Positions 28,301-37,525 of a stretch of DNA of 39,007 nt are shown here, piece after piece; positions within the stretch are counted from its first letter, which is position 1, and each line of letters starts with the position of its first letter. The stretch is from a virus. Made by a program: the position numbers and the translations under genes. The notes beneath the pieces are model-generated. The model ran no database searches. It was not told the origin of the DNA and saw nothing but the letters and a program-made list of their open reading frames with translations. Location of the stretch: positions 1-39,007 of IMG/VR virus record IMGVR_UViG_3300045988_170670. One strand, 5' to 3'.

Positions 28301-28485
28301 GAATAAATCCTAACACTACTGTTGGAACTAAATATAATCAAGAAGTTAATACAAATATAGACTATAATAAATTATTTAATATATTGTATTCTGCTTTCAT
28401 TAAAGCATTAAATTCTTGTAAATTAACATTAGATGAAGATGGTTTTGCAAGGATAGTTAAAAATGAATTATACGAGGTGCTATAA
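25314..28485 (+). CDS. Tape measure protein, split at CGG 28212-28214; annotated ORF stops at 28232
   Basis: TP901-type TMP sequence...SPSRKTREIFKNVMK | GMEKGIEAEEDSLYKQTDKVAENVLNSLDGINPN... continues in the +1 frame to 28485. Confidence 0.88.
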
Positions 28486-29159
28486 TGTTTAAATTTAAAG
28501 GAATATCAAATACAGATATGCAAGTTGTAATTGAAGAAGAAGAACATTTTTTGGCTAAAGCTTCACAGAAATATGAAGTTACAGAAATAGAAGGAAGAGA
28601 TGATGCTATTTTTGATGAATTAGGCTATTCTTATGTTGAAAGACCTATTTATGTACAATGCTTGAATCCTAACAAGCTTGATGATATCCTTGCATGGCTA
28701 GATGGTGGGGGAGAGCTAGAATATAAAGGAAGAAAAACGAAAGCAAGATTTTATGCGGAATTAGAACCAAAAAGGACTGCAGGAATCAAAATTATTGACA
28801 CTAATTTTATCAGAGCTCCATTTTGGGAGAAAGCTGATGATAATTATATAGTAGTTACAAATAATGTTCAAAACGAAGGAAATAAAACAAGTAGACCTAT
28901 AATAAGAATTGAAAAAGATTCAAGTGATAGTATTGAATTAACTTTAGGTGGTGTTAGGTTTAAATATACGTTTAGCGAAAATGATACTTATGTAGAAATA
29001 GATTGTGAAGAAAAAACAGTTGTATATGAAGGCCTTAATAGAAGCAGAAATCTTGAAATAGGATACAAATATCCAAAATTAGAAGTAGGAAACAATGCAA
29101 TCGTAATACATAGTGGCTCAGCTACTGTCAAAATAAAAAGAAAGGACAGATGGCTATGA
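28485..29159 (+). CDS. Distal tail protein (Dit-like)
   Basis: MFKFKGISNTDMQVVIEEEEHFLAKASQKYEVTEIEGRDDAIFDELGYSYVERPIYVQC. Confidence 0.8.
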   Translation: MFKFKGISNTDMQVVIEEEEHFLAKASQKYEVTEIEGRDDAIFDELGYSYVERPIYVQCLNPNKLDDILAWLDGGGELEYKGRKTKARFYAELEPKRTAGIKIIDTNFIRAPFWEKADDNYIVVTNNVQNEGNKTSRPIIRIEKDSSDSIELTLGGVRFKYTFSENDTYVEIDCEEKTVVYEGLNRSRNLEIGYKYPKLEVGNNAIVIHSGSATVKIKRKDRWL

Positions 29160-31948
29160 TTAAAATATTTAATGCAACTGATACAGATTTTAAAACAGCA
29201 GGAAACATTATTATTAATCCTTTGCATTGTCATGAGATTAAGAAAAAGTCTTTAAATGGATGGTATATTGAAGTAGAAATTCCAATTAAATATAAAGAGT
29301 ATATAGAAGCCGATAAGCTATGTGTAGTAAAAACAAAATCTAAATTAAAACCACAAGCATTTAGAATAAATTATAGCATAACATATACGAATAGAAAAAT
29401 AAAATTCACAGCTGAACATGTAATGTTTGATAGTAGAAGATATGTGCTTTTAGATGCAAGACCAACTAATCTAAATGGCCAGAATGGATTAAAATATGTT
29501 AATGAAAGGACTGACAAAATCAGTCCTTTTTCTATCACCTCAAATGTTGAGAACGTAAGTACAGCATATTTCATAAGAAAGACTTTATTAGAATCTTGGC
29601 AAGTGTTTGAAGAACGATGGGGAGGAGTATTTGAAGCAGACAACTGGAATATTAGTTTTAAACAAAGCATAGGAAAAGATAATGGCGAAACTATTGTTTA
29701 CGGTAAAAATATGCAGGGGTTCGAGATCTTTGAGGACTGGTCTAATGTATGCACAAAAATTTTACCAGTTGGATATGATGGACTTTTATTGCCTGAAAAA
29801 TATTTAGAAAGCGAAACTCAATACGAAATATCATATACAAAAATAGTAGATTTTCAAACAGATTTAGAAGCAGAGGAACAAACAGAAACTAATCTATTAG
29901 TAGAGTTAAGAAACAATGCAAGCAAATATTTAGAAGAAAATTGTGTTCCTAAAGTTAGTTATACAGTAAATTCAAATGTAAATAATGATTTAGAGATAGG
30001 GGACACAATAAAAGTTTTACATCCTTTTGTAAATATTTTTACAGAGGTTTTAGAGTATGAATATGATTTGATTTCTGAAAAAGTGAAGTCATTGACTTTT
30101 GGAAATTACACAAGAGATGTCAAAACAAAATTTAACAATATAAAAAATACTATTGAAACAATTAAACAAACAGTATCAAAACAAGAGATAACTATAAAAG
30201 AACAAACAAATCTGATTAATTCTCTAAATAAAAGTGGATATGTTTATATAGATGATAATGAAATTTTAATACTTGATCAATTGCCAAAAGAGAAAGCAAA
30301 AAATGTATGGAGATTTGGACTAGGTGGTATAGGATTCAGTTCAAAGGGATATGAAGGGCCATTTGAAATAGCAATAACAATGGATGGAAAAATAAATGCT
30401 GATTTTATAACGACAGGAACAATGGCTGTTGATAGAATAGAAGGTTTGGCAAATTTTATAACTGATACAAGTGCTTCAATAGCAGCAATTGAGTTACAAC
30501 AAGACAGTATAACTACAAAAGTATCATCACTTGAAAAAACAACAGTAAATAAAGTACAAGTTCAATATGCCTTAGGAGATACTTTAACTACTCCACCGAC
30601 AGCTGGATGGAGTGAAACTGCCCCAGAATGGCAAGCAGGAAAATATATGTGGCAAAAGACTGTTACAACATATTCTGATGGAGCAACAAAAGAATCAAAA
30701 GCGACTTGCATACAAGGAGCAAAAGGGGAAACAGGAGCTAGTGGAACTGATGGCAAAGATGGAACAAATGGTAAAAATGGAAATGACGGACGAGGAATAG
30801 CTTCAACAGTTATTACCTATCAAGCTTCATCATCAGGGACTACAACTCCAACAGGAACATGGCAAAGTACTATTCCAACAGTTACTGCAGGACATTACTT
30901 GTGGACTAAGACAGTAATTAACTATACTAGTGGTGAACCAACAACATCATATTCAGTTAGTATGATGGGAAAAACAGGAACTAATGGTAAAAATGGAACA
31001 TCAATATCAATAACTTCAAAATCAGTTACATATCAAATTGGTACAAGCGGTACAACAACCCCAACAGGTACATGGTCAACATCAGTACCAACACTAGAAA
31101 GTGGAAAGTATTTATGGACTAAAACTTATGTTAAATATTCAGACTCATCTGAAACGACATCATATGCAGTAAGTTATTGTGCTAAAGACGGTGTAAAGGG
31201 TGATAAAGGTGCAACAGGCAAAGGAATCAAATCAATACAAGACCAATATTACTTATCTACTAGCAACACAACTCAAACTGGTGGAGCTTGGAAGAATACG
31301 CAAGACGCGTGGAAATCTGGAAAGTATATTTGGACAAGGTCTCATATAACTTGGTCAGACGACACAGCAACAGACACTACGCCGATTCTAGCAGAGAGTT
31401 TAAACACAGCAAATGAGAACGCTGTTCTTGCACAAGAAAAAACGGCGGAGCAAAAAATAGAGATTGATTCAATTAAGCAAACTGTGAGTCAAACACAAAC
31501 AACAGTTGCTAATAACTATACCGAAATCAAGCAGAAATTTGGCGATTATGCACCTAAAAGTGATGTAATTACGTTACAAAATAGTGTCGAAAGAATCCAA
31601 ACAGACACATATACAAAGACAGAAATAAACACTAAATTAACGGACGGAAGTGTAACAAAAGTTACAACAACGTGCGGAACTTTCGATGAGAACGGATTAA
31701 CAATAGAAAAAACAAATGCAAAGACAAAAGGAAATTTCAATGAAAAAGGAATGAAAGTCGTTGACGCAACAGGTTCTAGTGAAGAAATACTTTTATTCGC
31801 TGGTTACGATGAAGAAACAGACGAAACTATTGTTAAAAGCAAGAATATGACAGTAGAAAAATACTTGACAATAGGGGCAAACTGTAGATTTGAAGACTAT
31901 GTAAATCCCGTCTTAGGTGGAAAAGGAACAGGGGCATTTACTCTATAG
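29156..31948 (+). CDS. Tail-associated endopeptidase/receptor-binding-type protein with repeated modules and collagen-like GXY stretch
   Basis: N-terminal prophage tail protein; GAKGETGASGTDGKDGTNGKNGNDGRG; four related WxxxxPxxxxGKYxWxxTxxxYSD repeats. Confidence 0.85.
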   Translation: MIKIFNATDTDFKTAGNIIINPLHCHEIKKKSLNGWYIEVEIPIKYKEYIEADKLCVVKTKSKLKPQAFRINYSITYTNRKIKFTAEHVMFDSRRYVLLDARPTNLNGQNGLKYVNERTDKISPFSITSNVENVSTAYFIRKTLLESWQVFEERWGGVFEADNWNISFKQSIGKDNGETIVYGKNMQGFEIFEDWSNVCTKILPVGYDGLLLPEKYLESETQYEISYTKIVDFQTDLEAEEQTETNLLVELRNNASKYLEENCVPKVSYTVNSNVNNDLEIGDTIKVLHPFVNIFTEVLEYEYDLISEKVKSLTFGNYTRDVKTKFNNIKNTIETIKQTVSKQEITIKEQTNLINSLNKSGYVYIDDNEILILDQLPKEKAKNVWRFGLGGIGFSSKGYEGPFEIAITMDGKINADFITTGTMAVDRIEGLANFITDTSASIAAIELQQDSITTKVSSLEKTTVNKVQVQYALGDTLTTPPTAGWSETAPEWQAGKYMWQKTVTTYSDGATKESKATCIQGAKGETGASGTDGKDGTNGKNGNDGRGIASTVITYQASSSGTTTPTGTWQSTIPTVTAGHYLWTKTVINYTSGEPTTSYSVSMMGKTGTNGKNGTSISITSKSVTYQIGTSGTTTPTGTWSTSVPTLESGKYLWTKTYVKYSDSSETTSYAVSYCAKDGVKGDKGATGKGIKSIQDQYYLSTSNTTQTGGAWKNTQDAWKSGKYIWTRSHITWSDDTATDTTPILAESLNTANENAVLAQEKTAEQKIEIDSIKQTVSQTQTTVANNYTEIKQKFGDYAPKSDVITLQNSVERIQTDTYTKTEINTKLTDGSVTKVTTTCGTFDENGLTIEKTNAKTKGNFNEKGMKVVDATGSSEEILLFAGYDEETDETIVKSKNMTVEKYLTIGANCRFEDYVNPVLGGKGTGAFTL

Positions 31949-31961
31949 AAAGGAGAAAAAA

Positions 31962-33888
31962 ATGGCAAGAATAAATGGTAGCGTATCGCAGAGGTCAGAT
32001 AGTTATTCGTTTTTTATAGACTGGTCAGAAAGCATGAACTCAAATTATACAAGTACTAACCAAACAACAGTAAGCGCTACAGCATATATATATTGTTCAA
32101 AACATACAGCGCATGCTAGTGGATTATCTCAAAAATTAGTAATAGATGGAACAGAATTTACAGCAACAAAATCAGTAAATTTAAGTTCAGGAGTAACAGT
32201 AGCATTAGTTAGTGGCTCGAAAACAATAACGCACGACACAGACGGAAGAAAGTCCATTACTATAAGTGCTGATTGTGATTTGCCTGATGGTAATAATTGG
32301 GGTCCTGCTTGGGGTAGTGCTAGTGGCACGGCAGAGCTAACAACAATCCCAAGAGCAAGTTCAATATCAGCAACAGACGCAAGCATAGGAAGTTCTTCAA
32401 TCATTATTATAAACAGGGCGAGTTCAGGATTTACTCACACAGTTACATATAGTTTCAGTGGTTTAAGTGGAACAATAGCAACAAAAACAGGTAGTACAAG
32501 CTTAGGCTGGACAGTACCAGCAAGCTTTTATCAGAAAATTCCAAACAGTCAAACAGGAACAGTAACAATAACTTGCGATACATATTCAGGAGACACAAAA
32601 ATAGGAACAAAAACAACAACAATGACAATAAGTGTTCCAGAAAGTTCGCACCCTGTAATTGATAGTGCAACAGCAATAGATACAAATGCAACAACAGTAG
32701 CCTTAACAGGAAGCAATAAAAGATTAGTAAATTATAAATCAACAGTAAAACTAAGTGTAACAGGTAGATGTTTAAATTACGCAGGTTTTAGTAAATTAAG
32801 AGAAAGAAATATATATGATATACCTGCTACAAAAACAACAAGTGGTGCTAAAACAACTGTAACAGGCACAAAGACTTATGAAAATAATACATTAGAACAA
32901 TTTAAGATTTGCTTGGTAGATACAAGAGATAAAATGAGTGATTATAAAATTTTAAATCAAGCAAATGGAGATTTTACAGTAGTACCATATATTCCTTTGA
33001 CAATAAATGCAGAGTTTAAAAGAACAACTCCAACACGGTGGTGGAGTAAGCTTAAGCTTTTCAGGAAATTTCTACAATGGCTATTTTGATACAGCTAAAG
33101 CTAAATTTAACACACTAGGAATTAAATGGAGATATAGAGAAGCAGACTCTTCAACTTGGTCAGCTTGGACAAGTTTAGTTTTAAATACTGGTTTTAAATA
33201 TGGCACAGGAAACACATATTTTAGTGGCAACGGTACATCTTCACAAGGAATTTCACTTGGAACTGGATTTAACTACAAAAAGAACTATATCTTTGAATTA
33301 TGTTATAACGATAAATTATCAAGTGTGACTTATTCTCAAACTGTCAAAGAAGGAGAACCTTGTTTTGATTACGGAAAAGATAAAAATGGAAACAATTATT
33401 TAAATGTAAATGGAGAGTTTTATAAAAAGAATAAAAAGTTAATTCAGACAAATATGATTACTTTTGCAAAAAATAATGACCAGAGCCTTGCTAAAGATAC
33501 AAAAGTAACGTTAGAGCTTAATGAAGTGATTGCACAAATAGGAGACAAACTAAGTACAAGCAACTACGGGGTAAAGATAGGCAAAGGTGTTTCTAAAGTT
33601 AAAGTGAGTGGTATTGCGTGGATTGAGGCTGGATGGAGCACAAACGGTTCAGGTTACAGATGGTTACAGATATTGAAAAATGGTAATACATACAAAGATG
33701 TTGTTGCCATGGCAATGGTGCCAGAAGCAGTTAATGTGTGGGGTTCCCCTTCAATTCCTTCAGTGTTAGTAGAAGTCAAAGAAGGAGATTTAATATTTAT
33801 GGCGGTAGCAGTATCTGTTGATGGTTATTGCCGAGCAGGAAGTTATGGAAAAGCTTCTACATATCTGACAGTAGAAGTTGTAGAGTGA
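31962..33888 (+). CDS. DUF859-family minor structural protein, split at CGG 33036-33038
   Basis: MARINGSVSQRSDSYSFFIDWSES...IPLTINAEFKRTTPT | GGGVSLSFSGNFYNGYFDTAKAKFNTLGIKWRYREAD...; track shows two ORFs 31917-33089 and 33007-33888. Confidence 0.85.
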
Positions 33889-33903
33889 TGGAGGTGAGAA
33901 GAG

Positions 33904-34128
33904 TTGGATAATACAGTAACAACAGTAATAGCCTTCATAGTATCAATGATACCTATTTTTACCGTAATAATAAAATTAAATAGTACAATAACAAAGTTGA
34001 ATACAACAATAGAGGTATTAACTGAACAAATGAAGTTTAGTCAAAAAGATAGAAATAAGATTCATGAACAATTAAATGACCACGAAACAAGAATATCGAT
34101 ATTAGAATCAAGGGGAGGTAAAATATGA
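33904..34128 (+). CDS. XhlA-like/hemolysin-type small membrane protein
   Basis: One TM segment followed by a coiled coil ending in [15 protein letters not shown]; precedes holin and lysin. Confidence 0.65.
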   Translation: MDNTVTTVIAFIVSMIPIFTVIIKLNSTITKLNTTIEVLTEQMKFSQKDRNKIHEQLNDHETRISILESRGGKI

Positions 34129-34334
34129 ACAAGGAAAAAATATTAAACTGGCTAAAGTGTGCAGGAGTAAGAGCAGTCAAAACAGTAGCTCAGACAGCAG
34201 TAGCAACAATAGGAACAAGTGCAGTTATGGGAGATGTAAACTGGCTAGCAGTAGGTAGTGCAAGTCTGCTTGCAGGTATATTAAGTTTATTAACAAGCAT
34301 AGCAGGTCTACCAGAAATAAAAGAGGAGGGATAA
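34125..34334 (+). CDS. Phage holin
   Basis: [56 protein letters not shown]. Confidence 0.8.
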   Translation: MNKEKILNWLKCAGVRAVKTVAQTAVATIGTSAVMGDVNWLAVGSASLLAGILSLLTSIAGLPEIKEEG

Positions 34335-34337
34335 AAT

Positions 34338-35210
34338 ATGAATATAATTGAAAAAACATATAGTTTAAATGGAACTCTACAAAAAAGAGCAAAAACAGAC
34401 ATGATAATATTACATCATGCTGTATATGACGGAGATGTAGAAGGAATAGATAGAATACATAAAGGCAAAGGTTGGACATGCATAGGATATCATTTCTATG
34501 TAAGAAAAGATGGTTCTATATATAGAGGAAGAAGAGAAGATACAGTAGGAGCACATGCTTATGGTTCTAATACAGATAGTATTGGAATTTGTGCTGAAGG
34601 CAACTTTGAAAATGAAACAATGGGAGATGTACAAAAACAAGCGTTAAAAGAATTAGTTGCATACTTAAAAAATAAATATGGTATTACTAAAGTTCAAAGG
34701 CATAGAGACGTAAATGCAACAGCTTGTCCTGGAAAGAACTATCCTTTTGAAGAAATTGCAAATGCTACTGTTAAATCTACTGAAAACAAACCTATCGAAA
34801 ATAAAGCAGAAGGTTATTTAGTTAAAGTGACAGCAAATGCTTTAAATATAAGAGCAGGAGCAGGTACTAATTATAATATAGTAGGTTGTATTAGAGATAA
34901 AGGAACATATACTATAATAGAAACACAAGGAGACTGGGGAAGATTAAAATCTGGTAGCGGTTGGATTTGTTTAAACTATACAACCAAAAACATAGATAAA
35001 TCTTCAGATGATGGCTATGTGCTAGGATTATACGTTGTAAATACAAGTGCAGGATTAAATGTAAGAAAAGGTGCAGGAACTAATTATGCAAAAGTAAAAG
35101 CATATCCAAATGGAACAAGATTTGATACTTATGAAATTAAAGGTAATTGGGCAAAAACTCCAAGTGGTTGGGTTTGTTTAGATTATTGCAAATTAGTGAA
35201 TAAGTATTAA
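34338..35210 (+). CDS. Endolysin: N-acetylmuramoyl-L-alanine amidase with two SH3 domains
   Basis: MIILHHAVYDGD...HFYVRKDGSIYRGR...VQRHRDVNATACPGKNYPF; two ANALNIRAGAGTNYNIV-type repeats. Confidence 0.95.
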   Translation: MNIIEKTYSLNGTLQKRAKTDMIILHHAVYDGDVEGIDRIHKGKGWTCIGYHFYVRKDGSIYRGRREDTVGAHAYGSNTDSIGICAEGNFENETMGDVQKQALKELVAYLKNKYGITKVQRHRDVNATACPGKNYPFEEIANATVKSTENKPIENKAEGYLVKVTANALNIRAGAGTNYNIVGCIRDKGTYTIIETQGDWGRLKSGSGWICLNYTTKNIDKSSDDGYVLGLYVVNTSAGLNVRKGAGTNYAKVKAYPNGTRFDTYEIKGNWAKTPSGWVCLDYCKLVNKY

Positions 35211-35692
35211 AAACACCCTAAAATCAAGACATACAAGTATATTAATTAAAAATATAAAGGGCTTAGAAACGATTGTCGTGAGCCGTTTTTGGGGCAAAAT
35301 TTAGAAGAAAAATAGATTTTATTATCAGAACAAAATTATGCTATTTTATATTTTTTTTAATAACAATTAATCCTTTTTTAAATCTATTATTATAAAATAA
35401 TTGGCTTTGTCACAAACATATAATAAAAAGAAAACTTGAAAAATAAAAATATTAACATTAAAAATTAATTTTAACATATTCTATAAATCCTTTTTCTTTA
35501 AAATTTTTTGCAAAAAAGAGACCAAAGATTTCTCTTTGATCTCTTTCTCTTCATAATTAAATATTATTACTTATTTTAAAAAAAGTAAATGTCCCTTTTT
35601 GTATGCTTTTTGTCATCTTTGTAAATTTATTAAAAATAAAATAAGAAAAAAATCTAGTTCTGGCTTAATTTCAAGGAAATTAATTTTTATAC

Positions 35693-35722
35693 TTTACATT
35701 TTGTAAAAAAGTATGTTAAAAT
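35693..35722 (+). promoter_or_regulatory. Promoter with CI-operator-like inverted repeat
   Basis: TTTACATTTTGTAAA (35693-35707) overlaps -35 TTTACA; TAAAAT 35717-35722, spacing 18. Confidence 0.55.
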
Positions 35723-35803
35723 GTTAATGAAATAAATAATTATAAATTTTAGTCTATTTTTATTAATATTGAACATACTATTAATAAAGATGGAGGAAAG
35801 TTT

Positions 35804-36025
35804 ATGAAAAAAATTATTATTTTATTATTAAATGAAAATGGAGATATAGAAATCATGAATAAAAATATTGAATTAGATGAAAAAACTATGAAAGATATTT
35901 TTGAAACTTACAAAAAATTAAATATTAAAGAATTAGATAAAAAGGATAATAATAACACTTCGATATTTAGATATGATTATACAAAAAAATCTTCATTGGA
36001 TATAAGCAGTTTTGCAAAAGTATAG
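35804..36025 (+). CDS. Hypothetical 73-aa protein, operonic with SDH_sah protease
   Basis: GGAGG RBS; ORF. Confidence 0.6.
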   Translation: MKKIIILLLNENGDIEIMNKNIELDEKTMKDIFETYKKLNIKELDKKDNNNTSIFRYDYTKKSSLDISSFAKV

Positions 36026-36033
36026 GAGATAAT

Positions 36034-36930
36034 ATGTCAAATTGGAATGAAATACTAAAAGAATTAAAAAGTCAAGATCCAGGTGTGCCATTAGATATCG
36101 TAAGAAGAAAATATATAAAGAAACTATATAAACTAACTGGAAGGAATGTAATATGTTATTATTCAGGTTTTTTATCTAATCATAATCACCCAGATACAGG
36201 AATTAATGATACAGATGTTAGCGGTTTTATGACGGCGATACATAAATTAGATAAAACAAAAGGATTGGATTTAATTTTACATACTCCAGGAGGAGAAGTA
36301 GCAGCCACCGAAGCAATAGGTAATTATTTAAAGGCTGTTTTTAAAGATGACATAAGAGTTATTGTTCCCCAAGTAGCCATGTCAGGAGGAACAATGCTTT
36401 CTTGTATAGGAAAAGAAATAATTATGGGTAAACATTCTAGTATTGGACCAGTTGACCCTCAATTTGGAGGCATACCATGTTATGGAGTTATACAAGAATT
36501 TGAAAAAGCAAAAAAAGATATAATAGAAAATCCATCAACGATACCTATCTGGCAAATGATTATCAAAAAATATCATCCTACATTTATTGGACAATGTTAT
36601 AAGGCAATAGAATTGTCAAACGAGCTAATTCAAGATTGGCTAGAAAAAGGTAAGATGTTTGAAAATGTTGAAGATAAAGAAGCTAAAATAGAAAGTATCA
36701 TAACTTTTCTGAACAATAATAAAGAAACTAAAATACATTCAAGGCATATTAGCAATGAAAAGGCTAAAGAAATAGGCTTGAAAATAGTTGATTTGGAAGA
36801 AAATGATAGTTTTCAAGATGCAGTCTTATCTATTCATCATTGTTATATGCATACATTTTCAAATTCAAATGCAGTTAAAATTATAGAAAATCATAATGGA
36901 ATTGCAACAATAGCAAATTCAAGACAATAA
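36034..36930 (+). CDS. Serine dehydrogenase proteinase (SDH_sah, ClpP/SppA fold)
   Basis: LILHTPGGEVAATEAIGNYLKAVFKDDIRVIVPQVAMSGGTMLSCIGKEIIMGKHSSIGPVDPQFGG. Confidence 0.85.
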   Translation: MSNWNEILKELKSQDPGVPLDIVRRKYIKKLYKLTGRNVICYYSGFLSNHNHPDTGINDTDVSGFMTAIHKLDKTKGLDLILHTPGGEVAATEAIGNYLKAVFKDDIRVIVPQVAMSGGTMLSCIGKEIIMGKHSSIGPVDPQFGGIPCYGVIQEFEKAKKDIIENPSTIPIWQMIIKKYHPTFIGQCYKAIELSNELIQDWLEKGKMFENVEDKEAKIESIITFLNNNKETKIHSRHISNEKAKEIGLKIVDLEENDSFQDAVLSIHHCYMHTFSNSNAVKIIENHNGIATIANSRQ

Positions 36931-37018
36931 AGACTAGACACATGAAGTCTTTTCTGTTATAATAAACTAAACTTTAGAATTAAAGTTTATGGGGGCAAGA
37001 GACTAACTGAGATAATGG

Positions 37019-37342
37019 TTAGTCTCTTTTCATTTTAATATTAATTAATAAATCTATAACTTGTGACACTTCTAATACTTCTTTAGAATCTATTCCGTAT
37101 TCGTCTATTCTACGATACATTTCTTCTTTTAAAATGTCTAATTCATTTAAAGAATAAAACAAATCTTTTATATCAACTTCTAATACTTCTGCAATTTTCT
37201 GCAGTATAAACAGTGTAGGGTTAAATCTTCTATTACTTTCTAAATCATAAAGATAAGCTCGTGAGATACCAGTCATATCGCTTAATTTTCTTAAACTTAT
37301 TTTTTTACTCTTTCTTATATTCCTAATATTAAAAACTATCAT
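37019..37342 (-). CDS. Second XRE-family repressor (start at 37342, not 37456)
   Basis: MIVFNIRNIRKSKKISLRKLSDMTGISRAYLYDLESNRRFNP; AGGAG RBS. Confidence 0.85.
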   Translation of the reverse strand: MIVFNIRNIRKSKKISLRKLSDMTGISRAYLYDLESNRRFNPTLFILQKIAEVLEVDIKDLFYSLNELDILKEEMYRRIDEYGIDSKEVLEVSQVIDLLINIKMKRD

Positions 37343-37401
37343 AAAATTACTCCTAAGGTTATTATTCCTAATTTTAATATTAAAATACATAAAAAGATAG
37401 A

Positions 37402-37479
37402 TGACGCTCCCAGCGTCAGGTTTGTGTCGAAACTTGCGATGAGTTTTTGTTGACATTTTTCGACAAAGGAATATATAAT
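37402..37479. promoter_or_regulatory. Control region: TGACGCT/AGCGTCA inverted repeat, TGTCGAAA/TTTCGACA half-sites, and promoter TTGACA (37450-37455) / TATAAT (37474-37479)
   Basis: Elements read directly between the divergent genes 37019-37342 and 37526-37681. Confidence 0.7.
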
Positions 37480-37525
37480 ATGTATAGATTAAGAAACGCG
37501 TTTCTCTGATAAGGAGAAAAATAAA

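Noticed and set aside
6040-33038. Ordinary pseudogenisation of the six CGG-split genes
   Set aside because: Decay should give varied stops and indels at varied sequences. Here every break is the same: one extra C before GG, with clean sequence on both sides. I could not exclude a systematic sequencing or editing artefact, so this alternative is kept as a test in the findings.
6040-33038. Simple reassignment of CGG to another amino acid
   Set aside because: A sense reassignment would keep frame 0, which runs into a nearby stop in each case. Only a +1 change restores the proteins.
35215-35800. AT-rich gap after the lysin as a hidden gene
   Set aside because: No ORF of reasonable size with an RBS on either strand; only weak hairpins and the 35693 promoter were found.
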